Assembly: GCF_963921235.1 (NCBI RefSeq)
Contig: NC_086108.1
Span: 61,258,001 to 61,322,000 of the forward strand
DNA from: Mobula hypostoma
Lineage: Eukaryota
Reading direction: 5' to 3'
Length of the DNA: 64,000 nt
Shown here: in pieces, positions 1 through 13,519 of the stretch
How positions within the stretch are numbered: the stretch's first letter is position 1
How the letters are laid out: every line of letters begins with the position of its first letter
The notes under the pieces: model-generated
Seen by the model: only the letters and a program-made list of their open reading frames with translations
Databases searched by the model: none
Told to the model about the DNA's origin: nothing
Translations under genes and position numbers: made by a program

Positions 1-1090
1 GCTACAGAAGGACAGACAGATTAAGAGAATGGCCAAGAAATAGCAGATAGAATATAGTGTCAGGAAGTGTATGATCATGCACTTTGGTAGAAGAAATGAA
101 AGGGTTGACTGTTTTCTAAATGAAGAGAAAATACGAAAAAGATTGAGGTGCAAAGGGACTTGGGAGAGTTTGTGCAGGATTCCCTAAAGGTTAATTTTCA
201 GGTTGAGTCTGTGGTAAGGAAGGCAAATACGATGTTAGCATTAATTTTAAAAGGACTAGAATATAAAAGCAAGGATGTAATGTTGAGACTTTATAAAGCA
301 TTGGTGAGGGCTCACTTGGAGTATTGTGAGCAGGTTTAGTCCCCTTATCTTAGAACGGAGTGCTGAAACTGGACAGGGTTCAAAGGAGATTCACGAAAAT
401 GATTCCAGGATTGAATGGTTTGTCATATGAAGAGTGTTTGATGGCTCTGGGCCTGTATTCACTAGAATTCAGTAAATTGAGGAGTGACCTCATTAAAAAA
501 CCTATCAAACAGTGAAAGGCCCTGATGAAGTGGACATGGAGAAGACGTTTCCTGTGATGGGAGAGTCTAGGACCAGAGGACACAGCCTCAGAATAGAATG
601 GAGATGAGGAAGGATTTCTTTAACCAGAGAGTGGTGAATCAGAGGAATTCTTTGCCACAGTCAGCTGTGGAGGATGTGTCTTTATGTATATTTAAGGCAG
701 AGGTTGATAGATCCTTGATTGGTCAGGACATGAAGAGATATGGGGAGAAGGCAGGAGATTGGGGCTGAGAGGGAAAATGGATCAGCCATGATGAAATGGC
801 GGAGCAGACTCAGTGGGCCAAATGGCCTAATTCTACTCCAATATCTTATGGTCATACAGTCTTTAGTTAAATACCTGGTGTTTTTAGTTAAGTAGCTGGT
901 GTTTTTATACCTGGTGTTTTTATATTTAAGGCAGAGGTTGATAGATTCTTGATTGGTCAGGACACGAAGGGATATGGGGAGAAGGCAGGAGATTGGGGAA
1001 GAGAGGGAAAATGGATCAGCCATGATGAAATGGTGGAACATTCTCAAAGGGCCAAATGGCCTAATTCTGCTCCTATATCTTTGGTCTTAT
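1..1090 (+). mobile_element. CR1 LINE 3' fragment (RT C-terminus and 3' UTR), with duplicated 3' UTR
   Basis: ORF 148-339 QRDLGEFVQDSLKV...MLRLYKALVRAHLEYCEQV is the typical CR1 ORF2 C-terminus. The 3' UTR ending 'aatggcctaattct...tcttatgg' occurs twice (~687-856 and ~921-1090). Confidence 0.9.
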
Positions 1091-1876
1091 TGCAGATCTG
1101 TTGCTTTGGTAGGCGAATTGGAGCGGATTCAAGTTGCCATTCAGACAGGAGCTGATATACTTCTCTCCAACCTCTCAAAACAATTCATCACTCTTGATGT
1201 AAGTGCCACTGGGTGATAGTCATTTAGACAGGTTACCACAGTCTTCTTGGGCACTGGTCTAATTGGAGCCTGTTTGAAGCAGGTGAGTACCACACACTGC
1301 CAGAGCGAGAAGTTGAAGATGTCCGTGAATATACCACACAGTTGGTCAGCACAGGTCTTCACTACTCGGCCAGGTACTCTGTAGGTCCGGATACTCTCCT
1401 TGGATTTACTCTCTTGAAGGCAGCCCACTTCATCTTCAGATACTGAGACCAAAGGACCTTTGGAATAGATGGGGGTACATGATGGTTCCTCCCTCTTCTG
1501 GTGATCCAAGCGAGCATAGAAGTCATTGAGCTCATCAGGAAGCAAAGCTCTGCTGTCCCCCATGTCGCAAGATTTAACTTTGTAGGAGGTTATGGCACTC
1601 AAACTCTGCTACAGCTGTCGAGCATCCCTCATTGATTCCAGTCTAGCCTGGAGTCTCCACGTCGCCTGAGAGATGGCTTTCTGGAAGTCATTCTTGGACC
1701 TCTTGTAGTTTTCTTGATCTCTAGACTTGAATGCCTCCGATCTGGCTCTCAGTGGGTTCCAGATTTCATTGTTCATCCAGGGCTTCTGACCGGGGAAACC
1801 CTGAATGATTTCGTGGAGACACACTCATTCGCAGCTGTTTTAATAAAGTCTGTAACAACCCTGGTGTAGTCCACCT
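1091..1876 (-). mobile_element. Rex1/Babar non-LTR retrotransposon fragment
   Basis: Minus-strand peptides FPGQKPWMN, LPDELNDFYARL, VPGRVVKTCADQL, PVPKK..CLNDYHPVALTS..MNCFERL; frameshifted. Confidence 0.85.
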
Positions 1877-2435
1877 GTCCAATGCCAAGTCCTACTGATG
1901 TTCCGTATTTAAAGAAAGATTGCTCGGGTTTAATAAATGTATTATTTTGTATGTAGAAATACTTCTGGGAGCTTAATACAACATTATCCATTTTGATCCA
2001 AAAAACACTTTAGCTCTAATTCCCTCATTTTCTAATGCTCGAAGACAGTGTTGCACCCTGTACCTCCCGAGCCAGAAACTGCTTCAGTGGTGCGCAGCTC
2101 ACTCTGAACTAAAGGTGCCCAGTTAAATATCTGATGGAGTGTTTTCAACAGTTATCAATACATATCATTTTGTAAAATTGATTTACAACTACATGCCATC
2201 GTTTTTTCAATGCTATGCAATTGAGAATTGAGAAGTACAAACGTTTGTAGGTTATCTAGCAGACTCTGAGCATAACAGCCAGCAAAACTTGCAAGCAACA
2301 GGCCAATGTAATTGTATTCAAGTCTTCTTGCGATTCTGAAATATTGGTGGTTGGTATTCCAAATTATAAAGTGAATTTAGTTTGGGGCATGTGGCAGGTA
2401 CTTGTTTTACAGTCCACTACTATGTGCCTCTAGAC

Positions 2436-3716
2436 ATTGTACCAAAAGAGACCAGGGTAACAGGCCAGAACGACTGGCGTCCTGTCGCACTCACCTCAAT
2501 AATAAGCGAATGTTTTGAGAGGCTGCAGCTTGCAAAACAAACTGACCCCCTCAGACTGGACAAACTGACCCCCTCAGACTGGACCCCCTACCATTCACCT
2601 ACTGACACAACCGATCGACAGACGATGCAGTAGCCACTGCTCTACACACCGTCCTTACACATCTGGAGAAGAAGAATGCTTATGTGAGAATGCTGTTCTT
2701 GGACTACAGTTCAGCATTCAACACCACAATTCCCTTCAGGCTTGACAAGAAGCTCAGAGACCTCGGCCTTAACCCTGACTTGTGCAGCGAGATCCTGAAC
2801 TTCCTGTCAGATCGTCGGCAGCTGGTAAGAGTGGGCTCCCTCACCTCCACGCCCCTCAGGGCTGTGTACTAAGTCCCCTCCTTTACTGCCTGTATACCCA
2901 TGACTGTGTTGCCACTGAAGCACCTTCAATAACTCCAAAAGACTGAAGGTGGGTAAAATACTGAAAAGCTTTTATTCGCTGTACAATATGACCTCCATGG
3001 TGAGTGTCTGCCCCCGGACTGAGGGGGAGGGTCAAGGCGAAACACCTTTATTCAGGATCTGTGGGAGGAGCCACAGGGGCAGTCCGCGGAGGGTCGTGTC
3101 CAGACAGTTAACCCAGTTACAACATATATATGGTTTACCACATACACCCACAGCTCTAATCTGCTAATTAACTTTGCTGATGACGCTACATTGATTGGCC
3201 TAATCCCAAATAATAGTGAGGTGACCTACAGGGAAGAAGTCATTTCTCTGAGACAATGGTGTCAAGAAAACAAGCTCTCCCTCAATGTCGTAAAAACAAA
3301 GGAACTGGTTGTGGATTACAGGAGGAATGGAGATGGGATAACCTCTATTGACATCAATGAATCTGGGGTTGAGAAGGTAAACCGATTTAAGTTCCTCGAC
3401 ATCCACATCACTGAGGGCCCATATGATCATTGAACACCTGAGTCACCCCAACCACTATCTATTCCAGCTCCTACCATCCGGGAAACAGCACTGTAACATA
3501 AAAGCCAGGACCAGCAGGCTCTGGGACAGCTTCTTCCATCAGGCCATCAGACTGATTAACTCACGCTGATTTGAGTGTATTTCTATGTTACATTGACTGT
3601 TCTATTTATTAGAGATTACTTTAATTGCATGTTGCACATTTAGACAAAGGCATAACGTAAAAATTTTTACTCCTCATGTATGTGAAGGATGTAAGAAATA
3701 AAGTCAATTCAATTCA
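2436..3716 (+). mobile_element. Rex1-type LINE, degenerate RT and 3' end, interrupted by a solo LTR
   Basis: Peptides [63 protein letters not shown]; tail aataaagtcaattcaattca. Confidence 0.85.
2916..3142 (-). mobile_element. Probable solo LTR (227 bp) inserted in Rex1
   Basis: TG...CA termini, minus-strand AATAAA near 2971-2976, and Rex1 coding sequence resumes on both sides. TSD is not clean (gccac/tacac). Confidence 0.6.
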
Positions 3717-4929
3717 TTTCAATCAAGGCCATTTGCCTGGTTCAAAGGAACTCCAGATGGCGTAACAGAAACCAGCAGTCTGTAGATTGTGACTGCATCC
3801 AAATTCTCTGAGACTGACAAACACAGACAAAGAAACCTAATGTCCAAATGTTTTCCCAAATCTCTATCAGTCCTCAATGGGAAATTCTGGTAGAGAGTTC
3901 TGAAATAACACTGACAGATTTTCCTCTAATCTCTATATGAGTTGTGGATGATGTTTATAATTACAGAATTCAAAACTATATTGTGTAATTACATTGAATT
4001 TCAACAACCCCTTTTCCTCCACAGATGCTGCCTGTCATGCTCAGTTCTTCCAGAAGGCTGTCTGCTGCTTTTGTAATTGCGTAATTGTTTAGAACACAGA
4101 GCCAGTGATGTAATGCTATTATTAATATGGTAATCTCTTGGCCAAAATCATTTGATGAATGAAATAGGAATTAACTGTGATAGTAAAGGAAGCACACACA
4201 GATAGCAATAAAACCATGGAAATTTGCACTACTGAGAGTTGTCGTTTGGCCTTTTTGATCAGTTCATTCCAAAGATAATCCCACTGTTTGCTTTTTGCAA
4301 TAGTCTTTTGCCTAAGGAAACAACTTCTATGTTTTAGCCATTTGTTGTGATTAAACACCTTATACTTCAACACTCATTGCTTGAAGAAACTCCTCAATCT
4401 TATTTATACACTTGCTAAGGTGACAATTTAAAATTGATGGTGATTGTCCAACCAGAGAAAATAGTTTTGCCTCATCTACTCTATCAAAGTCTTCAGAATT
4501 TTAAAGGACTATTATATCTTCTAACCTCCTTTATTCCACAGGAAGCTGTCTTAGTGAGTAATCTTTTCTCAGAAGCATAATTAAAAGTGTTGATTTGAAT
4601 TATTACTTTACGTTGACAGTTGTCACTCTATATTGAGGCATCCAAACATTCTTTAACAGTGACCTGCGGAATTGTTCCTGTTTCCTGGTACAAATTCTCT
4701 TTAGTTTTCTACCTGATGATTTCATAAGCGGAATTTTTACCAGTGGGATCATTGCCCATCCTTCCTGGAGGCTCAAGGTTCCAGCCACCATGCCAAAGAT
4801 CCCAAATGTCACAATTTGCAGAGCTTAGACAAGCTGGTAGTCCCTGCAAGAACTCTTTATTGTCTATCTACACTTGAACTTGCAATATAATTTTATAATG
4901 TAATATAATTATATGGAATTAATGAAAAA

Positions 4930-5280
4930 CAAGAGATAATCTCATTGAGATATGCAATATGCTTATAGGGCTTAATGGGGCAATGCATGGATAAGACTTC
5001 CCCTGGCTGAAATGTGTAGCACCAGAAGCCACAGCCTCAAATTATGGGACTAGTCATTCAGGACTGAGATGAGACAACATTTCTTCACCTGCTAGAAGTG
5101 AGTCTTTGGAATTCTTTACCATTGAGGATCATGGAGGCGTAGTTGGTGAGTATATTCCTGACAGATATCGGTCGGGTTTTGGATATTCCAGGGCATGAAC
5201 AGATATGGAAAGTGGAAGCAGTAGTGGAGCCATAAGTGGCTAAACAGTCTACTCCTGCTTCTATTTCTTATGCTCTTATA
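4930..5280 (+). mobile_element. Degenerate CR1 3' fragment
   Basis: Similar to the CR1 3' ends elsewhere in the window (ctcattga..., gagatgag...ttcttcac, actcctgcttctatttcttatg). Confidence 0.7.
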
Positions 5281-8200
5281 TTCAAAGAGAAAAATACAAT
5301 TTAGATACTTAAATTACACAGAAAATCTACACAGTTTGTCCACAGCTGACATTTAACCAACTGGGCTTTAAATAACTGGTCTTTTTAAAAAAATCTTGAA
5401 TTAAGATGTAATATTGGCTACTTTCCAGTTCCCTACATAAAGGTGTGAAAATATGTAGCACTAGTCTTTACTCTCTCAGTTCTGACTTTCTTCCAGCAGA
5501 TTAGCATGCATGTTTTTCGTCCTGAGCTCTGCTAATTACTTTTCAGAATCAGCTTCCATCCTATAGTTACATTTAAGAATTGTTTCACATTATTATCCAG
5601 TGCACTTAAGCTTACTTCTACATTCACTTTAACAGCTGACTCAAAATATTCATTTACTCTCTTCTGCATACCTTCATTCTCATCCAGATTTACCCTTTCA
5701 ACTTTAAGCTGTCATAACATCATTTTAATTATTTTTTCAGTATGCCTGCAAGAGCCCTTAATGTTTACTTTTACAAAATCTGTAACCTAGCTGCCAACAA
5801 AGAATCATGCATCCAGACAAACTCTGTTGAACATATTATAGCAATGTTGCTCAGTATAATAGATTGTTTAAACAAGGTCATGTTACAGAATTTCAGAAAG
5901 ACTACCTCATTAATTAAAGTCTTCAAAGCAAAGCTATTTATTGTAGCTTATCTCTGATGAGAAAAGGTTATTGTAACAATGGGGGTTGGGAGAGAAATAT
6001 GGGTTAAAACACCGTCTATTTCAATCTCAAGAACTTGCATTTCATTTCATCTGCAGCTATCATAAATCTCTGCTAAAAAGTTGCAAGCAGGAAATTTGAA
6101 AAGAGACTCAGGCAATCTGAACACATACTCATCTAGAAATATGTCCCTAACACAAAGTGTCATTATTTAACAGCTCTGCTCCAACAGGCAAAACAATAGC
6201 TAGTGATGTGGAAAGTATCAGGGATTCTTTCCGAATTTTTTTTTCAAAATTTTATATATATACTATATATTATATCCTTTAAAGGCACATAGGCTTCAGG
6301 GGCTGAGCTAGCATTTAATTGCCCATGTTATAACTCCCCAAGATTTAATGAGATACTTGATAACGGTTAGACACCCAAAGAGGACACTCAAAATACCTCC
6401 TTACTTTTTTGAACGGAGAGAACAAATGAAATGAAAGACCAATGTTACAGTTCATAATGTTTTTCTGAAATAAAGTATGTTTTTGTTTTGTACAGTACAT
6501 AGCTCCATAGAGAATGTATGATTCAATTTTACTTCAATTGAAGAACAACAGATGCTTTCACCTTTAGGCCTGGAATTTATGTTGCCAAAACCAATATTCC
6601 AATGCCAAGTATCAGATTTGTTGAAGTCTGTTCAGATCCCATTCCTTACACAGTCTCTGTCTAGAATGAGCACAACTTAAAAGTGATGCTACCATTTAAA
6701 GAAAAGTAGCCACAAGGGAAACGACTTCTTACAGTCTGAATACATAGGCTATTAATCATTTTAAGCTACTCTCAGCCACCCTAAATCTAAAAAGAGTAGA
6801 TAACAGAGAAAAAATGTTGGGTTGCAAAATAATTAGAGCAGTGCCGTGAAATGGAGTTTCTTGGCGAGTGAAGGAGAGGTGCAACTTGGAACTCCCAGCT
6901 GATAATCGGAAAAATGGAAACACTGTTGCAAGTTTGGCACTGCAGGATGTCCTCATTAAATGATGGCAGTGCAGCCTGCCAGGCAGCAGGTGGCAGTAGA
7001 GTCAATACTGTGTGCAGGAACTGGGATCGGAAGCTGCAAAGGTATAATCATCTGCGGCAGGGTCACTGGCACAAGGACAGATTCCTGTCCATCAGTTCAC
7101 ATGATCATCTAAAGTAATCTCACACACACTTTTCCAATTCCTTTAATGTTTTTCTTTAAATAAATATGAAAACTCTAGCAAAGCATATATTCAAGCACAC
7201 AAAATGGACCAGGATCAACATCGTGCCACTTAATTTCACAGATACAACTGTTCAATGAACGCAAGCAAACTATACTCTCTCTGTGAAGATGAGGCCACTG
7301 GCACTGGAGATCAGCTTGCCTCTTCCCATCTGATATATGTGCAAGCATTACATTGGGTACATCTGTAGACGATCCTAATGTCAAAGGAGGCAGGTGCAAA
7401 TCCACGAAGAATTTGCTGAATAGGCAGTATTTTACCATAGTTTAATTAAAGGAGATGGTACAGAGCCCCCAGCTGACTCCATCATGACTTAGTGTTACCA
7501 GTTCTCTGGAATTACTGCAAGATAAAGTTGTCTGCCAGATGACAGCAAGGTCATTCTGGTTACTTCTTAATACACAGCACTTTGCATTCCCCCCTCATTA
7601 AAATAGTGATTGAAAAACTTCTATGCCAGACCCCAGCATTAATTTTAATCCGAAATTCCAACATTACTAAACTGCCACTTCCAATTTCCTATAAAAAATT
7701 TTTTTTTAATTGAGAAAGCTCTTTCTTAATCAGCTCTCACTGTTTTCAAAAGGATTGAATTTTTAATTACCTGATAAGTTTGTGAAGAGTCTTCGATATT
7801 TTTTAGATCCTATGCATTGTTAGGAGAAAATAAAATGATCAACTGCGCAAAGAAGAAATTTAAACAAAAAAGTACTAACAGAATCCAGCGATTAAAAGAT
7901 GTGAACATTTGTGAATATGAAATTTCTTAACCCATGCTCATTCCAAGCAGATGGAAAATTTCAGTGCAATCTGAAAAGTTTGCCCCTGACATTAATTTAA
8001 TGTGTGATTTTGAGACACGTTTGCCACTTCCTCTAATTCTTGTGCTGCTGACCGCAGTGACAAGAAAATCTTCACCAATACACATACCATAGTTATCACC
8101 TATTTGGTACAAACTCTTGTGTTGAAGGTTCAGACACTAGAATCACTTGCCACACCTAATGTAGTGTAAATTTAATACTGGCAGCTTTTGAACATGTGGT

Positions 8201-8770
8201 GAGATGTTCAAAATTAAAAAAAAATCAGCAGGGAATATGGGGCAATTAATAGTATTGTAAATGACAGCCACTCATTGATAACTTGTCCACTGAGAGCTTG
8301 GGTATTGTTAAAAGCAGCTGGCCTGAGAAGCTGAAACATGGATACAATTGTCAAGTGCAAGAAGAGAAGTTATATATTATCACAATTAAAAGTGCATTTA
8401 AATAAACATGCCACCAAAGACTCCCATTGCATCTAAGATCATGGAGTGGAGAGAAGAAAACCCTGAATACCTCAAGATTTACCTGACACAGCAAGACAAT
8501 CATGATTGTTTGAAAGCACTGTCTCCATATGGAGATATCTTCTGTCCAACTATTTTCACTTCTTTATTGTCGATTATCTTACTATTCCAAAGCCAAGAGT
8601 GGTAGTGTTCACTCTTAATTCCACATCATACAGCACCATTCATCATTTTCTAGATAATTCATTTGAACAGAAACAGAAACAAATGGAATTCAGTGCAGAC
8701 AATAATTGCATTTGTAGATTGCAAGCAAGATGAGGAAAACACCGTACATGGCTGGTCAAGAAATTCAGTG

Positions 8771-9655
8771 AAGATGGCGGCAGCAAACAATGATTCCTTG
8801 TGAGAAATCTTCCAGATAGCCAATCTCTTCAATTACTTCACTTTTTCTACGCCTTCTGATTGTTCTTTTCACTGTTGGCGCATGTGACATGCAGTTTGGA
8901 AGCTGACCGAATTATCTCATGCTCTACTGTGTCCGAAGAGCTGCCTTGTGGAGAAGATCAGAGACGGGGACCTGGAAAGGACTGACAACATGATCTGACC
9001 TGTGGGAAAGACTAGAGACAGGGTGCAGGGTCATGAACGACTATCTCAAAGTGGTGAAGAAAATTGAAGCATCAACGTGAATGTGATTACTCCTGATGGA
9101 GGCCACTGGGAGCTAGGTCGCCGACATTCGTACCCGGGTTGGCAGTGTTCAGACCCTGCATGGTGCTCGCTGTTCATGGAAGGGCTGAGTTCATGTGGCT
9201 GCTCTCCATGGACGCTGATGGAAAGATGTTTTTGATATTCTGTGATTTATGTGATTATTGGACTCTACTTTATATTGGTCTCCTTCAGCTTTTTTGGTGT
9301 TTTTGTTTTTCTGGCCAAATGGTGGGTGGGTGATTGGTTAATTTTTTGTGTGTTGGGTTTCTGGTATTTAATGCTATTGTAATTTTCTGCAAGTGAGAGG
9401 GTCACTTTTTTTCTGCGGGGGAGGTGGGGTATTAATGCTATTGTTGGAGTTTTTTCTGCAGGAATAGTGTGGGGAATTTTGTGGTTTGCAGGTTCTGTCC
9501 TTTTTTTCGTTTTCATGGGAGTGGGGTGGGGGAGTTGCTGTCCTTCTTTCAACAGCTCCCATGGTCATTCTGTACTTCATGGCTACCTTGGGAAGGATGA
9601 ATATCAGAGTTGTATTGTACATGCATATTTTACCAATAAAATGGACCTTTTGATA
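8771..9655 (+). mobile_element. Probable non-autonomous retroelement, family uncertain
   Basis: Starts AAGATGGCGG, has a T/G-rich 3' half and ends aataaaatggacctttt; splits degenerate CR1-like sequence. Confidence 0.4.
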
Positions 9656-10340
9656 CTAAAGGGATAGAAGGAGATTGTGGAGTGCTTATGCGTTGATCTC
9701 TGAAGGTAGACAGACAGTTGAAAGTGATTAAGATGACCTTTAGGATTCTTGCCTTTACAGGCTCGGGCACAGAATGTACAAGCAGGGAAGTTATACAGAA
9801 GTGGCTAATATAGCTATTCCAGTTAGAGCACTGTATACAGATCTTGCCGCAATACTACAGGGTGGAAGTGCCAACACTAGAAAATCTCCAGAGGAAACTT
9901 TCAAGGAAGTTACCAGGTCTGGTAAGACTGAACTATAAGGAAATATTTGTGAGGTTGGTGTTGGTTTTTTGTTTGGAACAGACAGAAGGGTAATCTAAAT
10001 GAGATGTTTAAATTATGAAAGGCTAAAATGGGTTAAACAGGAAGAACTAATTTCCCCTGAAAGGGAAGTAACCAGGTAGAAGAGATAACTTTAAATAGCT
10101 TAATGAAAGGACCAGAGGAGAGCTACAAATTTTTGTTCATCCATCATTCAAATGGGGCTTATTCTATGAAAGGTCAGTGCCGGCAGAAACCCTTATCACA
10201 TTTACAAGGTGCATGAATAAGCACTTGAAGTTCCATAATCTCAAGCCAATAGACCAAAAGCTAGATAGTGGGTAGCTATAAGTAGCTCAGTAGGTGACCA
10301 GCACAGATATGATGGGCAGAGTAACCTCCTTCAGGCCAAA
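9656..10340 (+). mobile_element. Old degenerate CR1 3' fragment
   Basis: Residual CR1 C-terminal and 3' UTR motifs (agagcactgtatacag, gatgggcagagtaacctcct). Confidence 0.55.
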
Positions 10341-10904
10341 ACTATATATATATCAATAGAGGAGCTCCTCACAGACAAAGCACAGAATTAAATAATATGT
10401 TCACTCGGCTGACAGTTGGCAAATAAAATTTGTTACATAATAATTCTGCGCATTGAAACCCCAACCAGAAAAGAGACAACTAGATCTCATTACCTTCAAC
10501 AATTGTATCATATTGTTGATCTTTTCACTGGCAATACCTTCTCAGTACTTGTGCACAAGAGAAACATTTTGAACTAAATGTAACATTATTTTTCCCCAAT
10601 GTAATATGTATTATTTTGCATGAACATTTTTTGAAGAGAGTCAGGTGCTGCTGACTACTGATATAATTTTTTTTATTAACTTAAACTATACTGCTTAACT
10701 GGCAAAAAGGTTGGGCAATCCTGTGACATGTAATTAGTCCACACTAAAAATCCCTAATTGTCATCATCTTATCTTTTTAGCTGTGAGGTCCTTCTTTAAT
10801 TCAGCATTCTTTTTTACTAGCTGCTGCATATAATTATAAATACTTCAAAAAAACTATTCATTTCTTTATTTGATTTCAACACCTTTTGAATTCATTGAGA
10901 TTAC

Positions 10905-11044
10905 CTTCAGTTTCATCATTGAATCTTGACAGAGCTTATCTCCCCTTGCAGCAGAAACCTCATCCACACCAATTAGCTTTGCCCTATACCGGAATCCATC
11001 TCCTTTAAAACGTTTTATCAGACCAGCTTCACTCCGATCCTGAC
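10905..11044 (-). CDS. DAB1: Internal coding exon of Disabled homolog 1 (start of PTB/PID domain)
   Basis: Acceptor ctttttctttgaacttgcag|GT and donor AAG|gtaatc; 140 nt, entering in phase 1 and ending in phase 0. Translates (G)[46 protein letters not shown], matching recalled human DAB1 residues 23-69 at 42/47 and clearly closer to DAB1 than DAB2. Missed by the ORF track. Confidence 0.93.
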
Positions 11045-11978
11045 CTGCAAGTTCAAAGAAAAAGAAGGGCTATGGTTAAAAGTTACTTACTTAGTGTGCT
11101 TATTATATGATGTAGTGAATATGTATGCAAGACTTGTGAATGCAACTAATGACTAGAATATAACAAAAATTTCCAATTATCTAGCAACTTTACACTAGAG
11201 AAGCACACTGAAGGAAAGTGAAAATCCACACAGAGCATTTCAAAAAGTTAGGAGGGCTGACCAAAGATAAAATAACACAGATACGCAGTATTTTAAACAA
11301 TGTTTAAAGATAGGGGAATTAAATTGCACTAAATTCCATTTAAATTCCAAAGATAAATGGAATTGCAGACAGCAGAATTAAGACAAGTGCAATTGATAAT
11401 TGTTGTAAATGAGGCATTATTATACATCCCAGAGGTGATAGACATGATAGGTTAGGGCAGGAATTTGGGGATGGAGATGGGTATGATAGGGATTTGTGGA
11501 TGAAGAAGAGGATCAGGTAATTAATGCTTTAAAGTGGTGACTAATGCAGGTCAGTGGCCATTAGGGACAAATAGGTACACTGACTTGGGTTAGCAGCACA
11601 GTATGAGGCAGAGGTTTGCTGCTGTATGCAAGCAAGCTGAAGATGATGGAAGGAGCAACTTGCAGGACTATGTAAGTGATTCTTGGAAAGATCAGGAATG
11701 GGAATAAATAGATTCAGAATTTTACCATGAGTGAAGTCGGGAGAAGTGACTAATAGCAGCAAATATGGTGTTCAAAATTCAGAGATTTGAAAATGAAGGT
11801 GGGCATTTTGACTATCTGATGCAGCCAGAGTGATTAAATGAGGTCACTGCATCACAGTGCCCAGAAACATTAATTTCAAACTGCCACAATAAATCACCGA
11901 GGGAATTGTAACTCATATCCTATTGGCATTGCCATTAGTGCAAAAGTAACTGTGGTGCCAAAAATGGGACAGGACCAG

Positions 11979-12184
11979 CACACACAAAATGCTGGAGGAA
12001 CTGAGCAGGTCAGGCAGCATCTATGGAGGGAAATAAACAGTTGATGTTTTGGGCCTGATCAGGAGTCCTGATGAAGGGCCTTAGTCTGAAATGTCAACTG
12101 TTTACTTCCCTCCGTAGATGCTGATTTCCTCCAGCATCTTGTGCGTCCTGCTCAAGATTTCAGCACTTGCATTCTTTCTTGTGT
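11979..12184. mobile_element. Penelope-derived fold-back (inverted repeat) mini-element
   Basis: Arms 11981-12050 and 12088-12145 are imperfect reverse complements and match the Penelope terminal sequence at 24166-24300 and 33430-33530. Degenerate CTGATGA...GAAA at 12068-12091. Confidence 0.8.
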
Positions 12185-13519
12185 TAATGTAAAGTAACCC
12201 CAACTCTGTAGATGGCATCACCAATGGATAGATTGCAAATCAGCCAAAGGAAGCAGCAAGGATAAATCTTTATTATCCTCAGAAATAGTGCAAACATGTG
12301 TGAAAGCGGTGTAAATATTGAAGATATGGGCTGCTTTTGGATAATTATGGGAAGAAGTAACTTATGTAACAAGTTAACAAATTTCACAATTCTGGTTCTG
12401 ATCGGATTCTGCATTTAAGTACAGAGGTGTATTATGATGAAGGGGAGAAAAATAGCATAATTGATCATATTAAATGTTGCAGAGAAGTCAAAAAGGATAT
12501 ACAAGGATGATGCAGCGAGGGCATACATGCAGCAATTGTTTGCTTTTGTGAATATCAGAAGTGGTTGAGATCAAAAAATCAGGATTGGCAATTGAAGTGG
12601 AATAGGAGACTCGTCACAGTCATGAAAATAAAACCTGTAACTTGTTAACTTAATGTTAAGCAATATTTCAAAGAGATTTAAGTTAAAGCATGGAAATGCC
12701 TTTGCATGCAATATATAACCTAGCATTAAAGAAACACTGACTCTGCACAAAAAAAAAGTCAAGTGCATTGAATCCACTCATCTGGATTATTTATTTGTAT
12801 CTCTCATTCTCTTACTATACTCTGGAATGATGAAACAACATGAAGGTACTTCAATTAAAATGCATAACCATTATTCACCAAACCACGCATTTCTAATTTC
12901 ATCACTATATGTGGTGTCTGTGGGCTCGTTATTGTTACGGCTTACCAAGGAAAATAATAGAGGTATTGCGATCAATAAAATATCTTTTATTGAAGACAAT
13001 AAATTCCCAACTACAGCAGCCAGTACAAAAAAACAAAAGTCATACTACAGAGTACATTAGGTTCTTAAAAGTACACAAATCCCCATTTATATCCTATGCT
13101 TTCCTGTAAAGAAAAAGCTTACAGCTATCTACAGTGCTAGTGACCTCAAGTTAATCACTCTGACTACAACAGGTAATCTAAATGCCAATTTAATTTTCAA
13201 ATCTCTGAGTTTCAAAATCTGCATCTTCATTATTTAAGTTCCAACTTTGTAGTATTACATATTGCTGTTCTACTTCTCTCAGGGTATAATCCTGACTTTA
13301 TTATTGTTGACTTTTCCAACACCCTTCTTGTTACACTGTGCCCACAATGTATCCAGCTAACATCAGCGAGTGCTAGTTGACTCATTTTTGACTCATTGCC
13401 ACTTTCAATCTTTCAAACTACCTCCACCGCACATTGCAGCTGTTTCTTCAGGCTTCCCAGCTAAGCTGCACTTGTTTCAGTATATTCTGCAATGTCATAA
13501 GAAAGTAAATCCTTCTGAA

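Noticed and set aside
4713..4843. AG/GT-bounded 131-nt open segment on the minus strand (GLPACLSSANCDIWDLWHGGW...) as the next DAB1 exon
   Set aside because: No similarity to the expected GVVAGARSKGEHKQKIFLT exon, weak pyrimidine tract, and a frameshifting length. At most a cryptic exon without RNA evidence.
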